DNA of 64,000 nucleotides from an uncultured Actinomycetota bacterium (GCA_963702815.1 CAVPED010000003.1:57524-121523); one strand, 5' to 3'; shown: positions 11,963 through 27,590, counted from the first letter of the stretch. Notes: a model not told the origin generated them from the letters alone. Numbers and translations are program-made.

Positions 11963-13233
11963 GTGAGCTCGCCCACAGCCCCTCGCCCCGGCTCCGCGCA
12001 GGCCCCCGCGAAGCGGGACGCGGCAGAGCGCGCGCGCCAGGAGGAGGAGACCCTTCGCGCCCGCTGGGAGGCGACCCAGGAACTCCTGCGGACGCGACTC
12101 GACGCTCCGATCGCGCGCGCGACCGACATCACCCGCAAGACCCTCGCGTGGTTCCCCATCCGGGTCTGGCGGCACTTCCTCCTGAGCAACGGCTTCCTGC
12201 TCGCGGCGGGCGTCAGCTATCAGGCGCTGTTCGCGATCTTCGCGGCGATCTACGTCGCGTTCGCCGCGGTGGGGCTGTGGCTCGGCGGGAGCGCCGAAGC
12301 CGTCGAGGGACTGATCGACATCATCAACGGCTACCTCCCCGGGCTCATCGCCGACGAAGGCGGTGCCATCACCCCCGCCCAGGTCGAGCAGATCGTGAGC
12401 CAGAACACGGGCGTGCTGGGTGTGACGGGCCTCATCGCGCTCGGCGCTCTGATCTGGACCGCGATCGGCTGGGTGACCTTCGGCCGCCGCGCCGTGCGCG
12501 ACATCTTCGGGCTCCCTTTCGACCTGCGGTCCTATGTCGTGCTCAAGGCGCGCGACCTGCTCGCCGCGACGATCTTCGGCGTCGCGCTCATCCTCGGCGC
12601 GGTGGTGAGCTCCGCCGGAGCGGTCGCGATCAACGCGATCCTCTCGCTGCTCGGCATCTCGGCGAGCGGATTGCTCGTCGGCACGGTGCAGCTCACCTCG
12701 GTCTTCGTGTCGTTCGCGATCAACTCGGCCGCGCTCGCGGCGCTGTTCCGGTTCCTCACCGGGACGCACCTCGCGTGGCGGGTGCTGTGGCCCGGATCGC
12801 TGCTCGGCGGCGCGGCGATCACGGTGCTGCAGCTGGGTGCGGGACTCCTGCTCGGCTACACGCCCTCGGATGCGCTGCTGGCCACCTTCGCGATCTTCAT
12901 CGGGCTGCTGGTGTGGTTCCGGCTCAACGGCATCGTCATGCTGGTGGCATCGGCGTGGATCGCCGTGCGCGCGAGCGACGAGAAGATCCCGCTTCTCGAG
13001 CCCAGACCGAAGCCGAGCGCATGCGCGAGGAGCACGCCGCGCTCGTGCTCGCCGCGCACGTGCGGCTGCGGACGGCGCAGGAGGCGCTGGCGCACGCGCC
13101 GTGGTACCGCAGGTGGCAGGCCGGCCGCGCCGTGCAGCAGGCCGAGCACGAACTGCGCGAGGTCGAGGCATCCGTTCCCGCACCCACCACCCACGGGCTC
13201 TGGCCACCCGAGACTGTCCCCGGCCGGAAGTAG
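11963..13233 (+). CDS. YihY/virulence factor BrkB family membrane protein (indel ~13000)
   Basis: GFLLAAGVSYQALFAIF, multiple TM helices; TAGTCT -10 just upstream (leaderless). True C-terminus is in the frame of ORF 12148..13233. Confidence 0.85.
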
Positions 13234-13243
13234 GCTCGTCCCC

Positions 13244-14095
13244 GTGCCACGCCGACTTCGCATCGCCTCCGTCAACGTCAACGGCATCCGCGCCGCCGCC
13301 CGCAAGGGCATGCTCCCCTGGCTCGAGCAGGCGGACGTCGACGTCCTCGCCCTCCAGGAGGTGCGGGCGACGGCGGACGAGCTGGCCTCATCGCTTCCGG
13401 GCTGGCAGACGGTCAACGACGAGGCGCTGGCGAAGGGGCGCGCGGGCGTCGCCATCCTCTCGCGCACCGACTCGGTCGAGGTCCGGCGCGTCCTCGGCGA
13501 CGACGAGACCCTCGACTCCGCCGGCCGCTGGATCGAGGCCGACTTCGACGTCGACGGTGAGACCGTCACGATCGTGAGCGCATACGTGCCGACGGGCGAA
13601 GCCGGGACGGCCAAGCAGGACGCGAAGTGGGCGTTCCTCGACGCGATGGAGAAGCGGATGCCGCTGCTCCGCCGTGAACGGCCGCTCAGCCTCATCATGG
13701 GCGACCTCAACGTCGGGCACCGCGAGTTCGACATCCGCAACTGGAAGGGCAACGTCAAGAAGGCGGGCTTCCTCCCTCGCGAACGCGCCTACTTCGACCG
13801 TTTCCTCGGTGCGGACGGCACCGAGGTGACCGGCGTCGACGGCTCGACCGGCCAGGGCCTCGGCTGGGTCGACATCGGCCGCCGGCATCACGGCGACGTC
13901 GACGGGCCGTACACCTGGTGGTCGAGCCGGGGCAAGGCGTTCGACACCGACACCGGCTGGCGCATCGACTACCACCTGGCGACACCCGACCTCGCCGCAC
14001 GCGTGACGGACTACCGGGTGGTCCGCGCGCCCTCGTGGGACACGCGGTGGAGCGACCACGCACCGGTCGTCGCGGACTACGCCGTCGGGCGGTGA
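13244..14095 (+). CDS. xth: Exodeoxyribonuclease III / AP endonuclease
   Basis: IASVNVNGIRAA, LQEV, GDLNVGH, YTWWS, WRIDY, SDHAP. Confidence 0.95.
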   Translation: MPRRLRIASVNVNGIRAAARKGMLPWLEQADVDVLALQEVRATADELASSLPGWQTVNDEALAKGRAGVAILSRTDSVEVRRVLGDDETLDSAGRWIEADFDVDGETVTIVSAYVPTGEAGTAKQDAKWAFLDAMEKRMPLLRRERPLSLIMGDLNVGHREFDIRNWKGNVKKAGFLPRERAYFDRFLGADGTEVTGVDGSTGQGLGWVDIGRRHHGDVDGPYTWWSSRGKAFDTDTGWRIDYHLATPDLAARVTDYRVVRAPSWDTRWSDHAPVVADYAVGR

Positions 14096-14138
14096 CTCGC
14101 CCGCGCGGGCGCAGCACACGCCCGCCGAATAGGATTGA

Positions 14139-16703
<2,565 letters not shown>

Positions 16704-16706
16704 CGG

Positions 16707-18226
16707 TCACTCCGTGACGTCGGCGTCGACCCAGTCGAGCGCCTTGCCCACCGCCTTCTTCCACAGGCGGTAGCGGCGCTCACGATCCTCCTCGGGCATG
16801 CGGGGTTCGAACCGGACGTCCTCCTGCCAGTGGGCGCGCAGCTCGTCGAATCCCGCCCACAGCCCGGTGGCGAGCCCGGCGGCATACGCGGCGCCGAGGG
16901 CCGTCGTCTCGACGACCTTCGGCCGGACGACGGGGATGCCGAGGATGTCGGCCTGGAACTGCATCAGCAGCGCATCGCGGGTCATCCCGCCGTCGACGCG
17001 CAGCTCCGCGAGCTCGCGCCCGCTGTCGGCGGCGACCGCGTCGATGACGTCGCGGGTCTGGAACGCCGTCGATTCGAGCGCAGCGCGCGCGATGTGGCCG
17101 CGGTTGACGAAGCGCGTCAGGCCCACGAGCGCGCCGCGCGCGTCCGGCCGCCAGTACGGCGCGAACAGGCCGGAGAACGCGGGCACGAAGTAGGCGCCGC
17201 CGTTGTCGGCCACGGTCGCGGCGAGGATCTCGACGTCCTCGGACCGCTGGATGATGCCGAGATTGTCGCGCAGCCACTGCACGAGCGACCCGGTGACGGC
17301 GATCGACCCCTCGAGGGCGTAGTGCGCCGGCTCCCCTGCGCAGCGGTACGCCACCGTCGTGATCAGCCCGTGCTGCGACCGCACGATCTCGGTGCCGGTG
17401 TTGACGAGCAGGAAGTTGCCCGTGCCGTAGGTGTTCTTCGACTCCCCGTCGCTCGAACGCCGCCTGACCGAAGGTCGCCGCCTGCTGGTCGCCGAGGATC
17501 CCCGCGATCGGCACGCCTCGCACGACGCCCGGCAGCTGCGCTTCACCGAGGACCTCGGACGACGAGCGGATCTCGGGCAGCATCGCCCGCGGGATGCCCC
17601 ACTGCTCGAGCAGCTCATCGGACCAGTCGAGGGTCCGCAGGTCCATCAGGAGCGTGCGGCTGGCGTTGGTCACATCGGTGACATGGATGCCGCCGCGGCC
17701 GCCACCGGTGAGGTTCCAGACCACCCACGTGTCGGGAGTGCCGAAGAGCAGGTCGCCCGCCTCGGCCGCCGCCCGCGCACCGGGCACGTTGTCGCAGGAT
17801 CCACGCGATCTTGGATGCCGAGAAGTAGGTCGCGAGCGGCAGCCCGGTGACCTCGGCGAATCGATCGGTGCCGCCTTCGGCCGCGAGCCGGTCGATGCGC
17901 TCCTGGGTGCGGGTGTCCTGCCAGACGATCGCGTTGGAGACCGGGCGACCCGAGCGACGGTCCCACACGATCGCCGTCTCGCGCTGGTTGGTCACCCCGA
18001 TGCCGGCGAGGTCGCCGGACCCGAGCCGCGCCCGCGAGAGCGCCGACGCGATGACCCACTGGGTGTTCGTCCAGATCTCGACCGGGTCGTGCTCGACCCA
18101 GCCGGCCCGTGGAAGGAGCTGCTCGTGCTCGCGCTGAGCCGTCGCGACGATCGTGCCGCGCGCATCGAAGACGATCGCCCGGGTCGAGGTGGTGCCCTGA
18201 TCGATGGCCAGCACATGCTCGGGCAC
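16707..18226 (-). CDS. glpK: Glycerol kinase (indels)
   Basis: [51 protein letters not shown]. Confidence 0.95.
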
Positions 18227-18266
18227 GGCGCCTCCTCCTCGTCGAGAGTCGCCCTCGGCGACCCCG

Positions 18267-20001
18267 TCAGGCTATCGCGAGGTCGGAACGGATGCCGCGG
18301 CCGGCCACCCCGGGTCCGCGGCGTGCACGCGCTCGAGCGCGCGCTCGGCTTCGGCGCGCCGCTTGCGCTCGCTCCAGCCGAGCACCGGCGCGACGGCATC
18401 CGCCACCTCTTCGAGCGGAGTCGGCCGTCGCCGCGCCGACGAACGCGATGCTGGTGCGCCGCAGGAGCAGGTCGTCGAGGTGGACGACGTGCTCGGTCCC
18501 GCGCGAGATGGCGCAGCTCGCCGGTGGAGTAGTCCGGGAGAGTGTCCGCAGCGGCTGGTCGTCCTCGTCGACGGCGATCGCCTCGATGACGTCGGCGGCG
18601 ACGGTGCCGTAGCGGTCGAGGAGCATCGCGGCCCGATCGATGCCGAAGCCGCCTTCGTGCGCGGCGAGCCACTGGCGCCGGGCCGCCTCGGTCATCGGGT
18701 ACCCGCGCCCGCCGCCGATCGGGAGTCGCTTGGTGGAGCGCACGCGGGGCGCCCGAGGAGAGCGAGCGTGCGGTTGGTGAGGTTCTCGGCCGATGCGCGG
18801 AACGTCGTCCACTTTCCGCCGACCAGGCTGAGCACCGTCGTCTCGGGATCGCCGTCGAGCGGGCGCCGCTTCGATCCGGTAGTCGCGCGAGACGAAGCCC
18901 GGCGGCGACGTCGCCGTGACCGGGAAGCGGTCGCACTCCGGCGAAGCGGTAGACGATCTCGGACCGGTCGACCGGGAGCCCCGGCAGCACCTGCCCGACG
19001 AGATCGATGAAGTAGTCGACCTCGTCGTCGGTGCACAGGATGGGGTCCGCCATATCGTGCTCGAGGTCGGTCGTTCCGACGAGCACCCGGCCCTTGAGCG
19101 GGTAGATGAGGACGATCCGCCCGTCGCTGTGCTCGAAGAACAGCTCGCGACCGCCCGTCGCCTCGAGCAGCTCGCGGTTGTCGAGCACGATGTGCGAGCC
19201 CTTCGTGCCGCCCATGAACGACGTCGGCTCGCCGAGCGCCGCGTTGGTCACGTCGGTCCACGGGCCCGAGGCGTTGATGACGACGGATGCCGAGAACGGC
19301 ACCTCTTCGCCCGTCTCGAGGTTGTGGAGGACGACGCGGCCGCCCTCCACGCGGGCGGCGGCGGTGTAGTTGGCCGCCCGGGCGCGACCTCGCCCGATGG
19401 CCAGGGCATCGCTCAGGATGTCGATCGCGAGCCGCTCGGGGTCGTGGAGCGAGGCATCCCAGTAGGTCGCCGTGTACTTGACCTTGGGGTTGAGCCGCGG
19501 GAGGGCTTCGAGCGACGCCGACCGGCCCTCGAAAGTGTGGCGGGGCACGCGGCCGCCGCCGCGCGAGAAGGCGTCGTAGATCACGAGGCCGACCTTGATC
19601 AGGACCGCACCGCGCTCGCGGGGACGCGCACCGCCGCCGTGCCGCAGGAATCGCAGCGGGGCGCTCACGAGCCCGGAGAAGGTCGTGAAGATCGGGATGG
19701 TCGTCTGCAGCGGGCGGACGAAGTGCGGAGCGAGCCGGAGGAGGGCGTTGCGCTCGCTCACCGCCTCTTGGACGAGGCGGAACTCGCCGTTCTCGAGATA
19801 CCGGATGCCGCCGTGGATCATGTGAGACGAGGCGGCCGAGGCGCCGCTGACGAAGTCCGAGCGCTCGACCAGCGCGACATCGACTCCCTGCAGGGCGAGG
19901 TCGCGGAAGGTGGCGAGTCCGTTGATGCCGCCGCCGATGATCAGGACGTCGGCGGACGGACGCGCCGCAAGCGATTCGAAGCCGGATCCCCCATCAGCCA
20001 T
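18267..20001 (-). CDS. glpD: FAD-dependent glycerol-3-phosphate dehydrogenase (several indels; 3' end approximate)
   Basis: [46 protein letters not shown]. Confidence 0.9.
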
Positions 20002-20202
20002 GGTCTGTTCCTCCTTGCTCCAGGCTACGTCCCACCGACGACACCGGCGCCGAGCCGGCGGCATGTCCCATGTTCCGCACAGGCGGCATCCTGGATGGGC
20101 GACGTGCGAGTGAACGCCGGGCGAACGCCTCGGCGGTGCAACGTGTCGCAGGACGACACGGGAATGAATCATCCGCAGGCGCGTTTACTACACTCAGAGA
20201 AT

Positions 20203-20365
20203 CAACGTGCTCCGGGGTCGGTGGGAATCCGAACCGGCGGTGACAGTCCGCGAGCCGAGGTCTTCCTTCCCTTCGGGAGGATGCCGAAGCCGATCCGGTG
20301 AGAATCCGGAACCGACGGTGATGCAGCGCACACGCGCTGCTAGTCCGGATGGGAGGCGCACGGGA
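20203..20365 (+). ncRNA. FMN riboswitch (RFN element)
   Basis: CGGGGTCGGTG.GAATCCGAACCGGCGGT..AGTCCGCGA...GATCCGGTGAGAATCCGGAACCGACGGT...AGTCCGGATGGGAG, directly upstream of ribD; TACACT -10 precedes it. Confidence 0.95.
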
Positions 20366-20427
20366 GACGCGGCGCGCGCCGTCGTTCGCCCTTGCCCCCG
20401 GTCTCGAAAGCCAGGCAGGGAAGACGG

Positions 20428-21497
20428 ATGACGGTGACAGACGCGGAGCAGAGCGCGATGCGGCGTGCGCTCGACGCTCGCGCTCAACGGGCCGCGCGGG
20501 GTCAACCCGCAGGTGGGCGCCGTGCTGCTCTCGTCCGACGGCGACATCCTCGCTGAGGGATGGCACCGCGGCGCGAGCACTCCGCACGCCGAGGTCGACG
20601 CCCTCTCGAAGCTCGCGCCCGGCGCCGCCCGCGGGGCGACCGCCGTCGTGACCCTCGAGCCCTGCAACCACACCGGTCGCACGGGCCCCTGCTCCGAGGC
20701 CCTCATCGCCGCGGGTGTCGCACGCGTCGTCTATGCCGTCGCCGACCCGGGCGATCACTCGTCGGGCGGCGGCGACGCGGCTTCGCGCCGCGGGAGTGGA
20801 CGTCGTCCCGGGCGTCCTCGCCGACGAGGGGTCGGCACTGCTCGAGTCCTGGCTCGCCGTGCAGCGGCTCGGGCGGCCGCACGTCACCGTCAAGTGGGCC
20901 CAGAGCCTCGACGGACGGGCCGCGGCATCCGACGGCACGAGCCAGTGGATCACCGGCTCCGCGGCGCGCCTGGACGTCCACCGTCGCCGCGCCGTGGCCG
21001 ACGCCATCGTCGCGGGCATCGGCACCGTGCTCGCAGACGATCCCGCACTGACCGCGCGGGATGCCGCCGGCGACCTCCTCCCGCAGCAGCCCCGGCCCGT
21101 CGTGCTCGGCGCCCGGCCCGTGCCCGCCGGCGCGGCCGTGCTGCGGCATCCGCTCCCCCTTCTGCAGTACGGCGGCGATGACCTGCCGGCCGCCCTCGCC
21201 GACCTTCGCGAGCAGGGCGTCCAGCGCGTCTTCGTCGAGGGCGGACCCACGATCGCGAGCGCGTTCCTGCGCGAGGGCCTCGCCGACGAGGTGCTCGCGT
21301 ACATCGCACCGGTCCTGCTCGGCGGCGAGAAGCTCGCGCTCGGAGACATCGGCATCGGCACGATCGGAGACGCGCGGCGTCTGACCGTGTCGTCCGTCGA
21401 GCGTCTCGGCGACGATCTGCTCGTCATCGCGACGCCGGAAGCCCGCACCGCCGTCACCGCCGGCGCCCCCGCACACCACGCAGAAGGAGACGAGTGA
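20428..21497 (+). CDS. ribD: Bifunctional riboflavin deaminase/reductase (indels)
   Basis: NPQVGAV, HAEV, TLEPCNH.GRTGPC, KWAQSLDG, SQWITG, VEGGPT. Confidence 0.93.
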
Positions 21498-22256
21498 TGT
21501 TCACCGGAATCGTCGAGGAGATCGGCGAAGTGACGGATGCCGCACCCTCGGGCGACGGCGTGCGCGTCACCGTGCGCGCACCCAAGGCCGTGTCGGACGC
21601 CGCTCACGGCGACTCGATCTCGGTGAGCGGAGTGTGCCTGACGGTGGTCGATCAGGGCGAGGACTGGTTCACGGCAGACGTCATGAAGCAGACCCTCGAC
21701 ATGTCGACGCTGGCCGGGGTCGGCGCGGGCCGCGTGGTCAACATCGAGCGTGCGACGCAGGCTCACGGACGCCTGGGCGGGCACATCGTGCAGGGCCACA
21801 TCGACGGCACGGGCGAAGTGCTCGAGGTGCGGCGCGGCGAGCAGTGGCGGGTGCTGCGCATCTCGCTGTCCCGCGAACTCGCCCCTCTCGTCGTCGACAA
21901 GGGCTCGATCGCCGTCGACGGCGTCTCGCTGACCGTCAGTGCGGTGAGCGACGCGACCGCCGCTGCCACCGCGCACTGGTTCGAGGTGTCGCTCATCCCC
22001 GAGACGCTCGACGCGACGACGCTGGGCGCGCGCCGAGCAGGCGACCGCGTCAACCTCGAGACCGACATCCTGGCTCGCCACGTGCAGCGTCTGCTGTTTT
22101 TCGCGGCACCGGCCGCACCCGCGCTCCGCGAGGCCGCACGCGTCCGCGACAGCACCCGGCGCTCGTGGCGATGCGCCATTCGACACCGCTGCGGCCCCAG
22201 CCGCGGCCGCACGTTCCGCGGCGGAGGCCGCCTCCACGGAAGGAGGCTCACGATGA
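21497..22256 (+). CDS. ribE: Riboflavin synthase alpha chain (3' end inferred)
   Basis: MFTGIVEE, GGHIVQGHIDG, KGSIAVDGVSLT, VNLETD. The likely native stop TGA 22254-56 overlaps the ribBA ATG. Confidence 0.9.
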
Positions 22257-23541
22257 GCCTTTCCACCATCCCCGAAGCCCTCGAGGCGCTGCGCGCCGGG
22301 CGCCCCGTCATCGTGGCGGACGACGAGAACCGCGAGAACGAGGGCGACGTCGTCCTCTCGGCCGAGCTCGCCACGCCCGAATGGGTGGCGTGGACGGTCC
22401 GCTGGTCGAGCGGCTTCATCTGCGCCCCGATGCCCGCCGAATGGGCCGACCGCCTCGACCTGCCGCCGATGGTGGCCGTCAACGAGGATGCCCGCGGCAC
22501 CGCGTACACGGTGAGCGTCGACGCCGCCGACCGCAGCACGACGGGCATCAGCGCGTCCGACCGCGCCCACACGCTCAACGTCCTCGCCGACCCGACCTCG
22601 ATTCCGTCGAGCGTCCGGCGCCCGGGCCACATCCTTCCGCTGCGAGCCGTCGACGGCGGTGTGCGCGAGCGCGGCGGCCACACCGAGGCCGCCGTGGAGC
22701 TCATGCGCCTCGCCGGTCTTCAGCCGGTCAGCGGCATCGCCGAGATCGTGGCCGAGGACGGCTCGATGATGCGCCTTCCGGGGCTCATCGACCTCGGCGC
22801 CCGCGACGGGGTGCCCGTCATCACGATCGAGCAGCTCATCGCATTCCTCGACGAGACCGAGCCCCTCTCCGACGGAGAGCGTTCCGCCCAGAAGCGCCGC
22901 GTCAGCCTCCGCGCCGAAGCCAACGTGCCGACCGCGCACGGCGACTTCCGCTTCCTCGCCTACAAGGACCGCGTGACCGGAACCGATCACATCGCGGTGG
23001 TGTCGGGCGAGCTCCTCGAGGACGCACCACTCGTCCGCGTGCACTCCGAGTGCCTCACCGGTGAGGCCTTCGGCTCGCTGAAGTGCGAGTGCGGCCCGCA
23101 GCTCCTCGCCGCGCTCGACGCGATCGACCGCGACGGCGGCGTCGTCATCTACATGCGCGGGCACGAGGGTCGCGGCATCGGCCTCATCAACAAGCTGCGC
23201 GCCTACAGCCTGCAGGAGCGCGGCCTCGACACGGTCGACGCGAACCTCGCGCTCGGGCTCCCCGCCGACGCGCGCGACTACGCGGCCGCCGCCGGCATCC
23301 TCGCCGACCTGGGCGTCGAGAGGGTGCGTCTGCTCACGAACAACTCCGACAAGGTCTTCCAGCTCCGCGAGCTGGGACTCGACATCGTCGAGCAGGTGCC
23401 GCTCCTGGTCGGCGTCGGCCCGAACAATCATCAGTACCTCACGACCAAGCGCGACAGGATGGGCCACATCATCGACGAGCAGGAGCTGAGCGACGCCCTC
23501 GCCCAGATGAAGGAGACCCACCTGGCAGGCGGCGCGAGCGC

Positions 23542-23545
<4 letters not shown>
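22253..23545 (+). CDS. ribBA: Bifunctional DHBP synthase / GTP cyclohydrolase II
   Basis: DDENRENEGD, RPGHILPL, GHTEA, VRVHSECLTG..CECG, EGRGIGL; own RBS AGGAGG. Confidence 0.95.
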
Positions 23546-24040
<495 letters not shown>

Positions 24041-24118
24041 GGCCCGGGGGTCGCGCGGGTCGGTGTCGTCTCGGCGCTGACGTTCAACCTTCAGTAGTAC
24101 ATAAGGTACCGTGATGGC

Positions 24119-24472
24119 ATGGAAACCCTGCGTCACCTCGTCGTCCTGATCCACCTCGTCGGCTTCGCGCTGCTCTTCGGCGCGTGGGCTGTCGAAGCGG
24201 TGAACGGCCACCGCGGAATCACCCGTCTCATGAACTGGGGCCTCGCCGTCGCGGGCCTTGCCGGACTCGTCCTCGCCGCCCCGTGGGGCATCGAGTACGA
24301 GCTGAACTACGTCAAGCTCGGCGTCAAGCTGCTCATCCTCGTCATCATCGGGGCACTGCTCGGAATCGGCGCCGCACGCCAGCGCAAGAACGGCTCCGTG
24401 CCGCCGGCCATCTTCTGGTCGATCGGCGTCCTCACGCTCGGCAACGCCGCGATCGCGGTGCTCTGGCGCTGA
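24119..24472 (+). CDS. Small 4-TM actinobacterial membrane protein, function unknown
   Basis: 117 aa, four hydrophobic helices, typical codon usage; TACCGT -10 just upstream of the ATG. Confidence 0.75.
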   Translation: METLRHLVVLIHLVGFALLFGAWAVEAVNGHRGITRLMNWGLAVAGLAGLVLAAPWGIEYELNYVKLGVKLLILVIIGALLGIGAARQRKNGSVPPAIFWSIGVLTLGNAAIAVLWR

Positions 24473-24492
24473 GCCGCGGCATCTGCTTTCTC

Positions 24493-24539
24493 GAAAGAGA
24501 ACCGGCACCTGGCGTCCGACGCCGGGTGCCGGTTCTTTC
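24493..24539 (+). terminator. Intrinsic terminator hairpin
   Basis: GAAAGAGAACCGGCACCTGGCG-tccga-CGCCGGGTGCCGGTTCTTTC. Confidence 0.75.
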
Positions 24540-24678
24540 GCTGTCGGCCCCGGGCGCTCTGGCGATCGAGCCGACGTGCGGACGTGCCGTGTCACACGCG
24601 GAAACGCGGGCAAGCCGCCCCGCGGCAGCGCCGTAGCATGAGGCGGCGTCCGGCGGTCGGGTGCGACGAGGAGGAACC

Positions 24679-25803
24679 GTGGCTGAGACCCAGGATGCAT
24701 CGCAGAAGGTGATCCTCGACTGGTTCCTTCCGCTCACGGGCGACTCCCGGACGAACCTGGCGCTGGGCAGCGCGACCGACAACGATCCGGCCCGTCTCCA
24801 GGCGGCATCCCGCAAGCCGACGCTCGGATACCTCACGCAGATCGCGCAGGCTGCGGAGCAGCTCGACTACGAAGCGGTCCTTATTCCGACCGGGGGCGGC
24901 AACGAAGAGAGCTGGACGATGGCGACCGCCCTCACTCAGCACACACGCCGCCTCGAGTACCTTGTCGCCGTGCGCCCGGGGCTCGTCTCCCCCACCCTGC
25001 AGGCGCAGGTGACGGCGACATTCCAGAGCGTGAGCGAAGGACGGCTGCGCATCAACGTCGTGGCGGGCGGCGAGGACGCCGAGCAGCGCCGCTTCGGCGA
25101 CACCGTCGGGCACGACGGCCGATACCAGCGCGCCGCGGAGTACGTCAGCATCCTGCGTCGCCTGTGGACCGGCGAGCGCGTCACGCACCGCGGCACCTTC
25201 TTCGACATCGAGGACGCGTACATCCCCGAGATCTCGCGAGTGCCCGAGATCTACCTGGGCGGGTCATCGGATGCCGCCATCGACGTCGCGGCCGAGCACG
25301 CCGACGTCTATCTGACGTGGGGCGAGCCGCCGGTCCAGGCCGGCGAGAAGATCGACCGCGTGGCCGAACGGGCAGCAGGATACGGGCGCGCGCTGCGCTA
25401 CGGCATCCGGCTGCACGTGATCGCCCGACCGACCTCGGAAGAGGCATGGCAGATCGCCGACTCGCTGATCGCAGGCTTGGATCCCGCGCTCGTGGCGGAC
25501 CGCCGCGCCGCGTTCGGCGCATCGGGATCGACGGGTCAGCGGAGGCAGTTCGCCCTGACCAACGGCGGCACCACTCGCGCCGACCTCGAGATCCATCCCG
25601 GGCTCTGGGCCGGGGCATCGCTCGTCCGCGGCGGCGCCGGCACCGCCCTGGTCGGGAGCTATGCGGAGGTCGCCGGCCTGATCGAGGAGTACCGCGCGGC
25701 CGGGTTCAGGGAGTTCGTGCTGTCGGGCTACCCGCACCTCGAGGAGGCGTACTGGTTCGCCGAGGGCGTGCGGCCGGAACTTGCGAGGCGCGGGCTGCTC
25801 TGA
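24679..25803 (+). CDS. Luciferase-like (LLM) FMNH2-dependent monooxygenase, SsuD/MsuD-like
   Basis: WFLPLTGD, AQAAEQLDYEAVLIPTG, LVAVRPG, GRLRINVVAG, YLTWGEP, LSGYPHLEEA. Confidence 0.88.
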   Translation: MAETQDASQKVILDWFLPLTGDSRTNLALGSATDNDPARLQAASRKPTLGYLTQIAQAAEQLDYEAVLIPTGGGNEESWTMATALTQHTRRLEYLVAVRPGLVSPTLQAQVTATFQSVSEGRLRINVVAGGEDAEQRRFGDTVGHDGRYQRAAEYVSILRRLWTGERVTHRGTFFDIEDAYIPEISRVPEIYLGGSSDAAIDVAAEHADVYLTWGEPPVQAGEKIDRVAERAAGYGRALRYGIRLHVIARPTSEEAWQIADSLIAGLDPALVADRRAAFGASGSTGQRRQFALTNGGTTRADLEIHPGLWAGASLVRGGAGTALVGSYAEVAGLIEEYRAAGFREFVLSGYPHLEEAYWFAEGVRPELARRGLL

Positions 25804-25825
25804 TCGCGCGCGGGCCGATCGCACG

Positions 25826-26651
25826 TCAGTCGAGGAAGAGCGCCCGCAGCCGCTTGGTCGTGAACACGAGGCCCACGGCGATCATCACCACGTAGTAGAG
25901 GACGTGCCACAGCATGTCGGGCGAGAGCACGCCCGGTCGTGAGGCCGCGGACGAGCTCGACGCCGTGCCAGAGCGGGAACGCCATCACCATCTTCTGGAT
26001 CCACTCGGGGTAGACCGTGATGGGGTACAGGGTCGCGGAGAACAGGAACATCGGCAGCAGGACGAAGTTGATCCAGTCCATCTGCTGGAACGTCTTCATG
26101 TAGCTCGTGACGGCCATGCCGAGGGCCGCGAAGCCGAACGCGATGAGCAGGACGGCGGGGATCGCGAGGATCGCGGTGGGCGCGAGGTTGAGGCCGAGCA
26201 GCTGCATGACGATCATGAAGCCCGTCGCGTAGAGCAGACCGCGCAGCAGCGCGTAGAGGATCTCGCCGAGCGCGACATCCAGCGGTCCGAGCGAGGTCGC
26301 GAGCATGCCCTCGTAGAGCTTGCCGTAGTTGAGCTTGAAGAAGACGTTCCAGGTGGAGTCGTACATCGCGCCGTTCATCGCCGAGACGGCGAGCAGCGCC
26401 GGCGCGATGAACGCGGCATACGACACCTCGACGCCGCCGGACGTCTGGACGTCGCCGATCAGCGAGCCGAGGCCGAGGCCCATCGACGCCAGGTAGAAGA
26501 CCGGCTCGAAGAAGCCCGAGAGCACGACGACCCAGCTCGACGAGCGCGCGGCGACCAGGCCGCGCTGCACCACCGCACCGGGGTTGCCGGCCCAGAGTGC
26601 CCGGACGCCGCCGCGTCGGGGCGAGGCATCCGTCGTCGTCACCGCGGTCAT
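25826..26651 (-). CDS. ABC-2 type exporter permease (indel near 3' end)
   Basis: SGFFEPVFYL, FIAPALLA, PMFLFSATLYP. Confidence 0.87.
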
Positions 26652-27590
26652 TTCGCCAGCCTCTTGCGTGAAGACCCGTCGGCCCATGATGAAGCCGGCG
26701 ATCGCGAGCGACGAGCAGGTACGCGAGATGCACCCAGGCGATGGGCTCATCGGCCCAGCTGCCGTAGGTGACGATCCGGCCGAGCTCGGACGCGTGCCAG
26801 AGCGGCGAGATCCAGCCGATCCACTGCAGCCAGAGCGGGAGGTTCGCGAGCGGGTAGAAGGTGCCCGAGAACAGGAACATCGGCATGAAGATGAAGCGCT
26901 GCACGAGCGCGAACTGACCGCGGTCGTCCTCGAGCGACGCGGCATATGCCATGAGCGGAATCCCGAACGAGAGCCCCGCGAGCACGCCGATCGGGATCAT
27001 GAGCCACGCCGTCTCGGGCGACGTCGCATCGGGCTGGAGCCAGGCGAAGAAGAACCAGATGAAGAGGTAGTAGAGGCCGACCGTCAGCAGCATGCGCGCG
27101 GCGGCGCCGATCACCACGCCGGCGGCGATCTGGTTCGACGACAGCGCCGACGAATTGAACCCGTAGAAGTAGCGCCGCCACTTGAAGCCCGCCATCACCG
27201 GATAGGTGAACTCCTCGGACGCGACCGAGATCGCGGCCGTCATGAGCAGGGCCGGGGCGACGAAGACGAGGTACGGCACCTCCATGCCGCGATCGTCGAC
27301 GGGCGCCTCGATGAGCGCCGCGAGACCGACCGCGAGACCGAGCAGATACAGGACCGGCTGGCCCAGCGGCGCCGACGATGATCGTCCAGCCGTAAGCGCG
27401 CATCGCGCGGACCATGTGCTCGGTGACGTACCAGGTGCCGAGACCGCGGGGCTTGCGGCCCCATTCCATCGCCTCGGCCCGCAGCTCGTCGAGCGACGGG
27501 TGGACGACGGTGGCGGATGCCGCTCCCGCGCGTCGGCGCCGGGACCGGCATCCCGGTTCCGTCGTCCCGCGGGTCGTGCGCGTCGCTCAT
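26648..27590 (-). CDS. ABC-2 type exporter permease (indels)
   Basis: YLVFVAPALL, PMFLFSGTFYPL, SPLWHA. Confidence 0.85.

Noticed and set aside
11963-14095. Apparent YihY-Xth fusion (710 aa)
   Set aside because: An indel near 13000 shifts YihY; its real C-terminus stops at 13233 and xth has its own TAGGCT leaderless start.
19994-23521. Very long antisense or alternative-frame ORFs (1175 aa here; also 9062..10972, 46842..49385, 8..1333)
   Set aside because: Shadow ORFs expected in ~70% GC DNA with strong GC3 bias; low-information translations overlapping well-supported genes.
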